A stretch of DNA of 62,239 nt, filler included, from Basidiobolus ranarum (lineage: Eukaryota): NCBI GenBank assembly GCA_040143965.1. It is 33 parts of 33 records of this genome, joined end to end, with 100 filler letters (N's around TTAATTAATTAA, not from the genome) between each part and the next. Parts side by side here need not be neighbours in the genome. Positions count along the whole stretch, not along the records: positions 49,157 to 50,940 come from JASJQH010004338.1; positions 51,041 to 52,824 come from JASJQH010004339.1; positions 52,925 to 54,708 come from JASJQH010004340.1; positions 54,809 to 56,591 come from JASJQH010004341.1; positions 56,692 to 58,474 come from JASJQH010004342.1; positions 58,575 to 60,357 come from JASJQH010004343.1; positions 60,458 to 62,239 come from JASJQH010004344.1; 26 more parts are not named here. One strand, written 5' to 3'. The first letter of the stretch is position 1. Every line of letters begins with the position of its first letter. The notes under the pieces are model-generated. The model was not told the DNA's origin, made no database searches, and was given only the letters and a program-made list of their open reading frames with translations. This document shows, one piece after another, positions 49,157-62,239 of the stretch. Both the position numbers and the translations under genes were made by a program.

Positions 49157-50940
49157 CCAGAATCAAAATTATGGGAAAAAGCAATGTCAGATGAGTTTTC
49201 TTCACTTCAGGACAATAAAACATGGGTTTTAAGTCCTCTTCCATCAGGGAGAAAGCCAATAGGTTGCAAATGGGTCTACAAAGTCAAAAACCAAGCTGAT
49301 GGAACCATAGAAAGGTACAAAGCAAGATTAGTTGCAAAAGGCTATTCCCAGACTCCAGGAGTTGATTTTAATGAAACATTTGCTCCAGTAGCTAAGTTTA
49401 GCTCCATTAGATCAATCCTGGCACTCTCAGCTGTCCATAACCGTGATCTACATCAAATGGATGTAAAAACAGCCTTTCTGAATGGAAGTCTAGAAGAAGA
49501 GATCTATATGGAGCAACCCAACGGATTTGTTGACCCAAAGCATCCTGATATGGTCTGTAAACTGCAAAAATTGCTATATGGACTCACGCAAGCACCCAGG
49601 GTATGGTAAAACAAGATAAATACCTATTTGGAATCTCTGAAATTTCAAAAATGCACAGGAGATCACAGTATTGACATCAAAACAACTGCAAATAAGATTC
49701 CTATCTTGGCACTATATGTTCTTAACTTAATCATAGCCACAAATGATCTAGAAGTACTCAATCAGACAAAAAGCAGCTTATCAAACCAATTTCAGATGAC
49801 TGATATGGGTGAATTAGGTTATTTTCTTGGAATCCAAATCAAGAGAGATTTACTTAATCAGAAAATCATGCTGAATCAGTCTAGATACATCCTAGACATC
49901 CTAAAACGCTTCAACATGGAGAATAGCAAGCCTGTATCAACACCAATGGATCGCAATGTGAAATTAATTAAAATTTTGTCCGATTTAGCCCAAAATGACT
50001 CAAATCATAGCTAGGAGTTCCCTTATAAATCCATGGTTGGTAGTTTAATGTATACAATGGTTGGAACACATCCAGACATTGCTGTGGCGGTGGGAACTAT
50101 CAGCCAGTATCTCAAAAATCCAGGATCTGAGCACAAAACTGCAGTAAAACAAATATTCAGTTATTTGAGAGGAACTATAGATCTAGTTCTGGAATACTCT
50201 GATGCTCCTGATGCACAGAACTCTGAAGGCTACAGTGATGCAGACTTGGGAGGAAACCTTGCTGATAGAAGATCAACAACTTGGTACCCTTTTCTTCATT
50301 GTAATGGAGCCATAACTTGGAATAGTAACAAGCAACCAACCATGGCACTTTCCACTACAGAAGCAAAGTATATGGCTGCTTATGCTACTACCAAAGAAGC
50401 TAGGTGGTTAAGGAAGTGATTTACTGACTTAGGATACATGCAAAAATGTGCTATTACTGGGTTTGAAGATAATCAAAGTTATATTTCATTAGCTAAAAAC
50501 CATACATTTAATGCTAGAACAAAACACATAGATATTAGGCATCATTTTGTTAGAGAAGCAATAGAGAATAAATAATTGAACTTGTCAATTGCCATGCTGA
50601 AGCAATGATAGCTGATATCTTAACCAAACCTTTAGCTAAGGCACAATTTGAATTATTAAAATACAAGTCAGGCTTAAGAGAAATACAAAAGAATTAGTTG
50701 AGTGAGAATGTTGAAATTAGGTAAATAGCAACTTATTGTTTATTAGTTAGTTTATTCATATTCTGATTATTTAGCACTCAATTCTGTCATTCAAAACGTG
50801 TGTTTATTTCTCTAATTGATAGCAATATCAATTAGATCACTTTTACCAATTTTCACTATTTTCTCAAAATTCTGCAAATCACCTCATATTTTCACCTATG
50901 CTTAACCGGCATGTTTGATATGATCTAAGCACATCCAATA
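49157..50940 (+). mobile_element. Copia RT-RNase H remnant, PPT and family D 3' LTR (50709-50940)
   Basis: [60 protein letters not shown] and ADILTKPL. Confidence 0.95.
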
Positions 50941-51040
50941 NNNNNNNNNNNNNNNNNNNNNNNNNNNNNNNNNNNNNNNNNNNNTTAATTAATTAANNNN
51001 NNNNNNNNNNNNNNNNNNNNNNNNNNNNNNNNNNNNNNNN

Positions 51041-52824
51041 TAACTAAAGATCCTGAGATGATCCATACTTGGTATTGAGCCATATAGGGCTTCAAGTGGC
51101 AATCTTGTTGGGCATCTGTTTTTGATATACACTGCAGAGAAGACAGATTCAGCCCAACATTGGTTATCTATTTATTGCTCATGTAATATTGATCTTGCCA
51201 TCTGCACTATGGTTGTATTAGCACATTCTGAAGCTCCATTTTGCTGTGGAGTAAAAGGTAGAGTAGTTTGAAGCTTAATTCCATGTTTAGAACAATAACT
51301 AGTAAAGTCCTTAATGCAATATTCTCCACCATTATTGTGGCTGAGTACCCTTATTTTTTGTGCTGAGTCTGTCTCCACCATTGCTTTGTAGTGTTTGAAC
51401 ATAGCTAAGGCTTATGATTCTGATTTGATAAAGAATACCCAATGATTACTTGTTTTGACATTAGTATGTTCAAAAAGTACCTTTTCCCACCTAGTGAGAT
51501 GTTGTTCTTGGACTCACATAGGTCAGAATGAATCATGGCAAGATTCAGAGTGGATTTGATTTCTCCAGAGCATGAAAATGGCTGTCTGCAATGTTTTTCA
51601 TATATGCAACCTTCATGCAGATCCAATACAGTGATATTTTCTATTTCTAAGCCTTAAATGAGCTGATTTCAGATCATTTGGGTCAATTTTTGTTCCCTGA
51701 TGTGACTTGATCTTCTATGCCATGTTTGACAGCTTAATTCACCAGTTTTGGCCAAGTTTGCATGCTCAGAATGCAATTTGTTTATTTCTAGCTTGTACAA
51801 GTTTTGAGTTTTGATCACAGTAGCTAATTGGATATTTTTCAGATCTGTGATATTACATCTAGCCTAGCTGAACATGAAATTTAGTCTTTGAGTTTTTGCC
51901 TGGCTTACTGAGAGTATATTCTTGGCTGCATTTGGTACATAGAGTCAACATGCAATTTTGCAGATAGTGTAGTTGAATTTTGGTCTAAAGTGAGTACAAC
52001 CATGTCCTTACCAACTGCATCAAGTGCATAGTTTTCACTTCAGCAGACTTTGCTTGCTTGGATTGGTTTTAAGCTGGAAAAACAATCTTCCTTGTTTGAC
52101 TTACCCTGGGAAGCTCCAGAATCAATGTACCATATATCTGATTCTTCTTCAGGGGTTACTGATAGGGCAGACACAGATAGGTGATCCCTTTCAGTTCTGA
52201 CTTGATTTGCCTAATCCAATTTTAGATTGTCCTAATCTTCTATGTCATGTATGAGAGCCAATTTAACTGGTTTAGCCAAGTTTGGATGCTCAGAATGCAA
52301 TTTTTTAATTTCTAGCTTGTATAAGTTTTGAGTTTTGATCCCAGTATCCAACTTGATAATGTTCCGGTCTGTTATAGATCATCTAGCAGTGCTGAACAAA
52401 AAATTTAGTCCCTAGGTTGTTGCTTATATTACTGCAAGTGAATTCTTGGCTATATTTGATTCATAGAGTACCTCATTCAACTTTCAGATGGTGTAGCTGA
52501 ACTTTGGTCTATATTGAGCACAACTGTGCCCTTAACAACTGCATACAGTACATACTCATCTATTAAGCAGACTCTCTTTGTTTGATTGGGTGTTAGGCAG
52601 GAAAACCAATCTTTCTTGCAACCTTTACACAAGTCCAATTTGGTAATAGTTTCAATATCTAACCCCAAAACATGCTGATGTTGGGTCATTTGGGTCAGCT
52701 TTTATTCCCCAATGTGGTGTAATCTTCTATGCCATGTTGACAGCTTATTTCACTTGTTTTGGCCATATTTGAATGCTCAGAATGCAACTTGTTGAGTTCT
52801 AGCTGCCACAGATTTTGAGTTTTG
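51041..52824 (-). mobile_element. Copia protease/GAG-pre-integrase/integrase remnants; pre-integrase segment present three times
   Basis: WYIDSGAS, IHSDLC, NGGEY and PFTPQQNG; repeated LHSEH.N.AK segment near 51770, 52290 and 52780. Confidence 0.88.
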
Positions 52825-52924
52825 NNNNNNNNNNNNNNNNNNNNNNNNNNNNNNNNNNNNNNNNNNNNTTAATTAATTAANNNNNNNNNNNNNNNNNNNN
52901 NNNNNNNNNNNNNNNNNNNNNNNN

Positions 52925-53030
52925 CTATATAAGTCACCATATACTCTTAAGAATAAAGTAACTAAAACACACTATCATAAGTTGCTTCTAATACTCAAAG
53001 TCTACCCCATTATGTCAAGATCCTCCAACA
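52925..53030 (+). repeat. Copia LTR family C, 3' end
   Basis: Ends AAGATCCTCCAACA, like 14989. Confidence 0.85.
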
Positions 53031-53230
53031 GAATCCCAAGTATCTGGCTGGATCAATCAATTACAGCCTGTTAACACTTCTTCAATATCTCCTCCCATCT
53101 ATATCACTGAATTCTATTGCAAGGGCAAGAGTTGACCATCACTGGGAGTAGCAAAATTGAATATTTGGGCCACTCTGAATAGAATATATCATAGTGCGCT
53201 AAAACATGCTCTTTGTGATACTTTAGAATT

Positions 53231-53581
53231 TGTTAAAGTATTTTGGGAGTCTGTTGGATGTGATTTTTTGAGAACTAGAAGAATTGGTGATTTTCACTTA
53301 TTGATTTAATGAGTTGAAAGTTGACATTTATAGTTTTGTCAAAATATAAACAAATTAACGTGTAAATTGTGTTAAAAAAAGTCACAGGAATATATGTGCA
53401 AAGTGTGGGGCTTCTAGCACAAACTTGAAAAATTTATATAACTAAAATCTTCTAAGTTGTTATGAATATTCTAAGGAAATTCCTCTTGAGAATAGTGGGT
53501 GATATCTTGGTGAGATATGGAATAGCTAAATACTAAGCTATATATGACTATTCAGGTGTTTAGGCAATGCTAATTTGAACA
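53231..53581 (-). repeat. Solo LTR family B (351 bp) with 5-bp TSD GAATT
   Basis: TGTT...AACA termini; GAATT at 53226-53230 and 53582-53586. Confidence 0.9.
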
Positions 53582-54808
53582 GAATTAAGCCCATATATAT
53601 TCATATATCGTGCCTAACATAGACCATATTTGTTTGCAAAGTATTCCATAAGTCAAAACATAATTTTATTTAGGATATACATCAGGAATGCAGAGAAAAG
53701 CCAACTGGTGCCAAGCTCCTTGAATTTGTTAACATCCTAGAAACACAAAAGAGTTGCTTTTTTTTATATATAAGTATGAATACTTATTTTCAATTCAATA
53801 AAACACTAGGCCCTAATCCTATATTTCTCCTGACTATTCCAACTTTTCACTTCTCTTCCAATGCGAGTTTAAAATCACTACTAAATGTAACTCAGATTTT
53901 GCTCACGAGTTATGATCGATTCTTTACGTAGTTGAAGTCCCATTTGAGAATGCTGATGGAGCTCACAACTTGTTGGGATTCTAACTAACCCAGGACCAGG
54001 TGTGCATTGCAAGACTAGGCTTTCAATACTAATAGTTGTCAGAAATCTTCAACTTACTTGTGTGATGTGATATAGATGTTGGTATTTTGTAAAGTTAGGA
54101 GTGTTTTTAGATATGTTAATGCAAGTTAGAAGTCATGTTTACAGGTGCAGTAAAGGTTGTTGTCCCCTATCAGAAAGCAAAGTGAAGCAGTCAATGTCTC
54201 CTTCCGAGTGGCTAGGAGCTTCTATAAAACTTTCTGTATATATACTTATTCTACATATCCCTCTATATCAGCAAGACCGGCAATCAAATAAGATTAGTTG
54301 TCAGCACGCTTAGTTACAATATTCGATTGTTTGGTTCCCTATCAAGAAATATACTGTAGGTGCTGGTGGAACACGTGTCAGAGAGATATTGAAGAAAGGA
54401 TCAATATTCAACTTTTCCGCAGCTACCGTTTCTTTTAAATATTGCTACACAGTTTTAGTTCAACTTTTCTCCACTTTGGATCACTAATAAACTCCATACA
54501 CACACTAATTTAGTTCCAATACTTCCTAAAAGTTGACCTATTATTGGCCGATTTATTAACTACATGTTTAAAGAATCGATTGTTAATTGCTCTATACTAT
54601 AGCAAACCATTGTAGACGATCACAGTGCATGCATTCCCAAAGTCGCATGTTTCATACACAGCACCTGGTCAAAGGATTCAGCAGTCGGCATTACTTACAA
54701 GGCTTCCGNNNNNNNNNNNNNNNNNNNNNNNNNNNNNNNNNNNNNNNNNNNNTTAATTAATTAANNNNNNNNNNNNNNNNNNNNNNNNNNNNNNNNNNNN
54801 NNNNNNNN

Positions 54809-55752
54809 ATATAGATATATTCCTATTTAGAATATAGGGGCTATAGATATGTTGCTTTCTGTTTCTGATATATGTATCATAACTAAAGTTAACTATGATG
54901 TTGAATAAAGATTAATTATCAAACATTTTTCCATGGAACCAAGCACACCAGTTGGAAGAGTGCAAACATTGGAAGTTTATCCCATACCTGGCATCTCTCA
55001 ACTGGCTAAAATACCAGCAAATAAAACACATGGCTCTCTAACCTCAACTGGGACACTTCAAAGTGTCAAAATTACCACCAAACTTAAAGGCAAGCAAAAA
55101 GCTGCCCAAACACCACAAAACACACTGAGTAATGTCACACTAAAAGAATGTATAAAAATAGTAAAAGTGCTTGAAGAGTATTTTCAAAAGTATGAAGGGA
55201 AAAATGCAGTTTAAGTATGCAGAAAGGGACTTCAGAAGAAGATCATTCAACTTGACACTCAGTCTGGTGTTGACCATGCAGATATCTGGGAAGAGCTTAA
55301 TACAGAGTGGCACAATATTGCAGGGTATCAACCAGATAGCTGGAAGAATGTTGATTCAGCAACATTAATACAATGGTGGGCTTTGATGGAGATGTTGATA
55401 TACACTTGTGTTGGATATGAGCTGAACCTTGGGTATGAAGAACTCTATAAAAATATTCAGGAGAATATATTGAAGAAACTAGGGATTTTGAAGATGGCAA
55501 ATTAGTATTCAAGTGATAAATGTGTAAAATTACAGTTACATTTTTTGCATATGTATTGATCCATAGATTTCTGAGATTGTAGCTATTCATATGCTACTGT
55601 TTTGCAAGATCTTGAAATTTCACTCCTGAAACTGAAAAAATTGATTAAAATCAAATCTAACTTGACAGTTTTATGATGGTGAGTTAATGGTCAATCCAAA
55701 ATGGATTAAAATTGTAATGGTTTTTGTACCAATCCTTAAATTTCTGTTAGGG
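54809..55752. mobile_element. LTR C end (54809-54925, -) followed by CACTA ORF2 3' region and terminus (...CTGTTAGGG)
   Basis: MEPSTPVGRVQTLEVYP...; the terminus abuts an LTR B tail. Confidence 0.85.
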
Positions 55753-56440
55753 CTCCAAACCACTTCTAACAGGCTCCTAAATACTTTAACATGCCCATGA
55801 TATATATATTCTGAACAAAACTATTAAGTGTCAATGCAAATGCATGATCAAAGCATTCTTTGAAAGAGCCCCTACTCTAGAGTTCTTTGTATTAGAGCCC
55901 TCAAATATGGCACAACTACCCTCAGTTGCTTAATGATGATCTTTGTAAAGTATCTATGACCTGTATTTGGGTGAATTCATCATGATCTTTAAGCAGGGTA
56001 CCACCATATATATAGAGAATTGGAGCAACATTTACTGGAGGGTAGAATGGAAATCTTATTGCTGCTGCTCTCATTCATATGCTTCATATTACCAGTGAAA
56101 GCAATGCAGCTATTTGAGCATGAAGATATATATGTAATTGCTGGATCATATAGAGAATACCATACCAAATCCTTTCACTTGAACCACATCTACAGAAATC
56201 TACCCCCAGTGATATGTTTTGGTAAAATCTAGATAAACCTATTAAAAGCTCTGTTGATTTCCATGGAAGTAATCCTCCACCTCTCAATGGTTGATAATAC
56301 TACTTTAGCACTCTCACTTGCTCCAGGAGTAGCAAGACTTGCCAAGAGTGAGTCAAGTTCTTTATTAGTAGCATCATTAGTGTATTTATATATGTCATCC
56401 CCATTCTCAACTTGTTCATTCTCCTGCAACATCTCATGAA

Positions 56441-56591
56441 CCCTAACAGAAATTTGACGACAGGCTCTAAATTCCAGCCATAACAAGAATCAAAGAATAT
56501 CAGAGTCTTGCTGTGTTTAGTCTCTATGTTTATATATACTTGACTCATCTGACATAACTCAACAACATCAATATGCTTTGCCAGCAAACTA
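56441..56591 (-). mobile_element. CACTA-like terminus joined almost directly to the transposase C-terminal region
   Basis: CCCTAACAGAAATTTGA followed within ~30 bp by sequence matching 26060-26180. Confidence 0.7.
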
Positions 56592-56691
56592 NNNNNNNNN
56601 NNNNNNNNNNNNNNNNNNNNNNNNNNNNNNNNNNNTTAATTAATTAANNNNNNNNNNNNNNNNNNNNNNNNNNNNNNNNNNNNNNNNNNNN

Positions 56692-58212
56692 GTGCAAAAT
56701 TTTGGAAGTGGTGGTTTCCTGTACCAAAGTAGGTTGTGAATCAGGAAGAATCTGTTTTGACATAATACATAACTACCATATATATCTATGATGTTAGACT
56801 TTGTTGGTTTCAATCAGAATTAGGGATTTTTGAATATTATTGTTTAAAATGTCAAAGTTAATTTCCTATAGTGTGATCAAGCATAATGCATTCCACTTTG
56901 TGCTGTTTCAATATGTATCCTAAATGAATTGATTTGGATCAAACTATGATTAACTTTGCTGATGCAGTTTATTATATAATATCCATGCAATTACACACAA
57001 TTGAAATAAGTAGGATAATAACTGAAAACAGAAATTTTATTATACAGAATGTAGGGAACTTTACCATGATGATTGAAATTCTTAGATAAATAACATGCAC
57101 ACACCAGATTGATCATTAATGTGCCAGCTCAATACAAGATTAATGTCATGCTCACCATCTACTCTAAATGGTCATTCCTCATTAATCCAAAGCAACTACT
57201 GGCTTTCCTATACCACCCTGTAAGCTATATTTGAGCAATACTGTGGCTCATATATTCCAATACCAACCAGATAGCAGCTAGTCAATTTGTTTTGTTAATA
57301 CAAAAACTATTGTCCAATCAGATTTCAGTGCACTATTAATGGTAGCAAAAGTGGGAGAAGCTTGCATACCAGGCTTCAAGTAAGTGAGAATTATCTAGCT
57401 TCAGTGATGAATGATGTTGAAGGTGCCAGGAAAAAAGATTTAGAGACTCTAATTTCCTTCCATTTCCTGGAGTATTTCCCAATAGAGTTCATATCAGAAG
57501 TATTCTTGACACATTTCCAGTGAGAATTAACAGGCCCAAAAGCAACCAAAAGCTATTCTATTCTGTCAAGTACAAGCCCACTGTGTAAAGTTCCAGGCAT
57601 TGACAGATTAAGAAGGAAGCATCATTTGGATTAGTGGGCCAGATCCAGCAAGACACTATGACAAAAGGTTTTGGGTTGAGAGGCATGCACCATTTGTAAG
57701 ATATGAGAAGACTTTGGCTGATTTGGCATATGTTGGGGAAGAATGCAGAAGGCTAGGATGTGGGACTGCTAACAAGATGCCCAGAGGAGGTATATTCACA
57801 CAGAGGCAAAAGCTTTATAATGACATTTTTTCCCATTTAAGAGCAAGAGTAGAATAGCTATGGTTTCCTAAAGAGGTATAGCATTGTAGCAGGAGAGTAT
57901 AGAGGAAAATCACTTTGTGGGCCTCAATCAAAGTTAGGCAAAGTAGTCAGAAACTTGATTAATTCTGAATACATTCCTACTCAAAGATTTCCATTGAGAG
58001 CTCTAGACTTAAGACACTGTGAATAAAGCTTTCATCATTGTCTGAATGTGCAATAATGTCTAAAAGTACTTTTCTAAAATATACCACATAAGTAAAATAA
58101 ACTGTTTCCAAAATGCTAAATAACATTGTGCCAGATAGTGCCCAATCACCCCAATTTGTGCTAGCACACTTTTTAGCTGGTGTGATGTGGCTCAATTAAA
58201 TGGACCAAGTCT
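56692..58212 (+). mobile_element. Most complete DDE_Tnp_4 element copy: upstream ORF remnant, decayed transposase, candidate right TIR GGACCAAGTCT (58202-58212)
   Basis: Catalytic-triad motifs ILDTFPV, TLADLAYVG and KMPRGGIFTQRQKLYNDIFSHLRARVE, followed by YSIVAGEYRG. Confidence 0.85.
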
Positions 58213-58574
58213 AACACATACTACGGCATGACAGTAACACAGGCCAACTGCAAGAATTGTTGAACCTTTCACTTTGTTAGATGAAGATTTGACACCTGAG
58301 AGCAATCTATTAAGACAGCAATCCATTACATTATGTATTCCCATGAGACCAAGACAACGGGTGTTTGAGAGAGATAGTCAAGCTCTTACTGAGCTTGAAG
58401 AAGCCACAACAGTCAAACACAAATCTCAAGGTAAAATAATATGCTCCAATGCATTCTATGATGCGAAAGAGGTCNNNNNNNNNNNNNNNNNNNNNNNNNN
58501 NNNNNNNNNNNNNNNNNNTTAATTAATTAANNNNNNNNNNNNNNNNNNNNNNNNNNNNNNNNNNNNNNNNNNNN

Positions 58575-60357
58575 GAAGAAGACAATGGTTTTGTTACTGA
58601 CTCTTTGTTATTGCCAAGCATTAGTCCACTTATTAACACTTACAGAAGAGAAAGCAGCTTTGATTATTCAGGAGTGGAGAGTTCTGTCACAATAAGGAAC
58701 TGTACAAGGACTGGAAACAGCAACAAGAGGCTAGAAGGCAGGAGATTACTTGGGTGTAGACCACAAGACAAGACTGGACAACAAAGATACTTTGGCAAGA
58801 ATCTTTATTGATAACTGGCATTGATCAGTGTTTATTGGTTTTGTAACACTTTTACCACAGTTGATTGGCAACTATTGTTTGCCACAGACCGGGTACCAGT
58901 GGAAAACACTTGTTAATTGTATGTCTTATAATCCATCAGTAATTAAACTATCTTCATGTCCAAATGGTTGTTTAGCTTTCACTATTTATCTGAAAGACCT
59001 GAAGTCATGTACTGTTTGTACACAATTGGCAATCACTGAATCAGGTAAATATTGTTCATATTTGGCTTACATACCATTGATTCCCTGTCTTAAAGTTTTG
59101 ATGAAATCACCCAAAGATAGATCAATGATCCATTACCAAAGTACTCACCATAAAGCTGATGGTATCACCAATATACTTGATGGATATCACTACCAGAATC
59201 TGAAAAGTCAAGGTATCTTTGAGAACACATATGTTCATGCATTTGCATTGACCCTGGATGGTTTCTCACTAAACAAATGTACCATTGGAATGGCTTGCTG
59301 GCCAATAACTTTAATTAACTTAAATCTTCCTCCTTCTGAATAGTATAGGAGTCATAATATTTTGATACTGTTCATTATATCTGGACCTAAATCCCCAGTG
59401 TTTATGGATAGCTTCTTGGAGCCTTTGATTGTAGAATTTGAATGGTTATCTAAAGGGGTTTGGATGGGAGAATATCTTATAAAAGTTAATGTCACTGTAT
59501 GTATTGGTGATGCTCCTCCAATGAGTAAACTTAGAGGTTTTTGCAGGTGCATTGCACTATTGTGCTGTAGATTTGGTCAAATCAATGGAGTTTAATCTCT
59601 CTGTTTTACCTTTTACAACCATCCAAATACAAAGCTAAACTCCATGATTTAACTGTCAAGAGTGCAGTCAAATTTCAACATGCTCACTGATATCAATTCA
59701 CTAAATACTCAGTCTAACATCAAACTTGGCATAGGTATAAGCTTAAGATTTTATTGCTAAAGGGTATTTGCTGGAGCCAGAGCTTTCCATTAGGCACTAT
59801 GCACTTATTATTCAAAAATATCCCAATACTACCTACTCTGCTATGTAGTGGAAATTCAATATGAATGATTCATTTGAGATAGGATCAAAGGTTTAATCAA
59901 TTGGGAAAATGCTTGAAAATGTCAAGATGCTATCATATTTTACCAGGACTCTCATCAATATCCACTCTTCTAGGCATTTATTCAAATGCAAAGACTGGAA
60001 GTATTGGATTTGTATAAATTCAAGTGCAATCTTAAACAGATTTCTGCCTGATAACTATTGGCAACATTGGGAGTTGTTTGTGGAAGTTGTTAATGTGTTC
60101 TAATGGCATCAACTCACATTGGCAGATCTCAGGTAGATACAGCAAGTGTGCAAAGATTTTGTAATTGGATATGAAAAACTTTGTTACAGGTTTGAAGTAG
60201 ACTGAATCTATGCCAGTATTCCATACATTCCCTGCTGCATCTTTCTCAATGCTTAGAGATTATAGGACCTTGCTATACATTCTGGGAGTTCCTGACCGAG
60301 TGCACCTGTGGTGAAATGATGCTCCTTGTGAAATTGTCAGTATTAGCATATACTAAT
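58575..60357 (+). mobile_element. CACTA/EnSpm transposase core remnant, with gypsy LTR fragment at 58685-58828
   Basis: CPNGCLAF, ILDGYHYQ, LTLDGF, CWPITLINLNLPP, GDAPPMSKL, CCRF, TMHLLF, FKCKDWKYW and LLHL...YRT...FWEF.TE.TCG. Confidence 0.92.
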
Positions 60358-60457
60358 NNNNNNNNNNNNNNNNNNNNNNNNNNNNNNNNNNNNNNNNNNN
60401 NTTAATTAATTAANNNNNNNNNNNNNNNNNNNNNNNNNNNNNNNNNNNNNNNNNNNN

Positions 60458-62239
60458 AGTGGAGTTGTGAATAGCTTTGTGAGATAATTGTTTATTGTCC
60501 AGAAATAAAGCATTTATACATTTTGGTGGAAATACAGAAAACTAACACTGGGGTTGTGTTCAGAACATATGTGAGAGTGAAATGAGCTATCTTTGGGGCA
60601 ATTTGGATGAGTTTGTAATTTCGAATATAGAATTGCTAATTCTCACATTAATCACATATATATATAACATATGTTCCAATTTTCAGCCAAGTAATATTTG
60701 ACTAAGTAACATTAACTAACTTACATGTGATAGATGAAATAGTTGGGTGTATAAAGTTAGAGATAACAAATATGATAAAGACAATAAACTTCAACAAGAA
60801 TTTGGTAAGTGGGACAGTTGAGCCTGAGCTCACTGGCTCCTTTGCTTTTCCCTTGGGTTTACTAACTTCCTGCTCCTTAGGTACTTCAGCTGCTTTTGTT
60901 TTTTTTCCAAGTTGATAATTGTACACATTTTTGAGATGTTTCATGAATAGGCCTATTCTAGCCCAATTGCTATTTGCTTGCTAAAACACATGATTAGCAA
61001 CTTGAATTAAGTCAAGAACCTTCAGAGCATTGCCTGTTTTTTGGTTTTTCCACAATTGGCTCAAATCAAGGTGATTTTGGGCAAGATTCAGCACAGTTTC
61101 CAAAATGTTAAACCACTCTTCATCAGAGCAAATGATGGCAGCTCTGGCATTCAGGGTCTTGTGGTTTGCCAGCTTTCTTATGAAATTTCTACTTTTGTGT
61201 GCCCAAGCAATCTTGGGTCATTGTGTAGACATAATGGTCCAAGGCATATTCTGCTCTGCCAGATTGTCATGGTGACATTTGTATGTATAGTGTGGGATTG
61301 ACTGAAATCTCATACAAGAATGGACAGAGGGTGCGGCAGTTTGTTGTATCTCAAGTAAAGCATTCTGAAGGTCTTGTATCATTGTTGAATGACTCTTTAA
61401 TTGTTGATTAGTTGCTTCCAAATGCTGCATTAAGTGCAATATTGCAATGTTATTGCTTGTCAAGGCCTGTACAGCAACTTTGTAGCTTTTACTTTTGATT
61501 GCATGCAAATGATTACAGTGTTCTGCCTGCAATTCCATTGTTGTAATATTCCATCCAAATTTTCTACACATGGTTGTTCAATGATGGGCAAAGCAGCCAC
61601 TTTAGTAGTTGATGGTCTTGATGGTGTTTCTGTTGAAATTTGTTCAACTATTGATCTACTATGTAATTGGGAGATAACAATCTCTTCACTTGCACTGTTG
61701 CTAGAAAGGAACACATCTGCTATATTGCTCAACACTTCATAATTACTTGAGATAGTTTCCCACATGTTAATGTCTTCCAAAGTAGATAGTGGATCACTAG
61801 ATTGCTCATCAATGAAGTCCTTCGATCTTGCTGGTTTTTCTCCTTTTGCACCAACAAGCTTTGGCTTGGAAGCCAATTTTGATATATATTGTGAATGTGT
61901 TTTAAATGGCAATGAAATTTTCAGATGGTAAACTTGGTGTAATGAAATTGCTTAGAAATAGCTTATAGTAACCCAAAATTGCCATCCATTACAAGAAATA
62001 TCTTGTAAATCCCCTGATGACTCATCTGTGACACCATCTCCAAATCAGCTGATGCTACTGATAGGCTGTACCTAAAATACCACCTTTATATAGGAGGTGT
62101 TATTTTTTCACAATAATCTCTCATGCCACAACACAAGCATTTAAATTATCCCTGCTATGATTGTCACAAATTCTTGTGCTACAGAAGCCCAAGGCTTTAT
62201 GAAAAAGATAATCACAAGCATGGTCACTGTAAACAGCCA
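60458..62239. mobile_element. LTR A (60458-60796), long CACTA ORF2 segment (-, to 61912), 210-bp spacer and transposase start (62123, +)
   Basis: Same peptides and spacer as the other copies. Confidence 0.86.

Noticed and set aside
54340..54440. KH-domain-like peptide VGAGGTRVREILKK
   Set aside because: Isolated short match with no supportable exon structure.
55800..56440. Possible KDZ/Zisupton transposase (PKHITG...SERIW) on the minus strand
   Set aside because: Needs frameshifts and the motif match is weak; left as unassigned decayed sequence.

Overview
This window is not one locus. It is 33 unlinked short contigs (1796 down to 1782 bp, sorted by length) joined by 100-bp spacers (N44-TTAATTAATTAA-N44), so adjacency across spacers means nothing. 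The DNA is eukaryotic and AT-rich, most likely fungal; an early-diverging lineage is my inference. Most of it is nested, decayed transposons. (i) At least four Ty1/copia LTR families are present. Two use a half-tRNA-iMet primer site and one uses a 3'-end tRNA-iMet site; one family ends TG...TA. (ii) There is a chromodomain-bearing Ty3/gypsy element. (iii) A high-copy CACTA/EnSpm-type element has CCCTAACA termini, a Tnp2-family transposase and a divergent ORF2 across a 210-212 bp spacer centred on an ATGACTCAT site. (iv) A DDE_Tnp_4 (PIF/Harbinger/ISL2EU/IS5-like) element has a probable cognate 182-bp MITE. The repeats are visibly CpG-depleted and carry CpG-transition lesions. Host islands hold an intact, intronless AA11 lytic polysaccharide monooxygenase with a CBM5/12-type domain, a chitin synthase 3' end, a 57-aa two-intron microprotein gene missed by the ORF track, a decayed AtrA/TdiA/RalA-type NRPS-like gene and two partial unknown genes. 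I saw no CRISPR array, rRNA or tRNA gene. All family assignments come from motif recognition by eye, not database searches.
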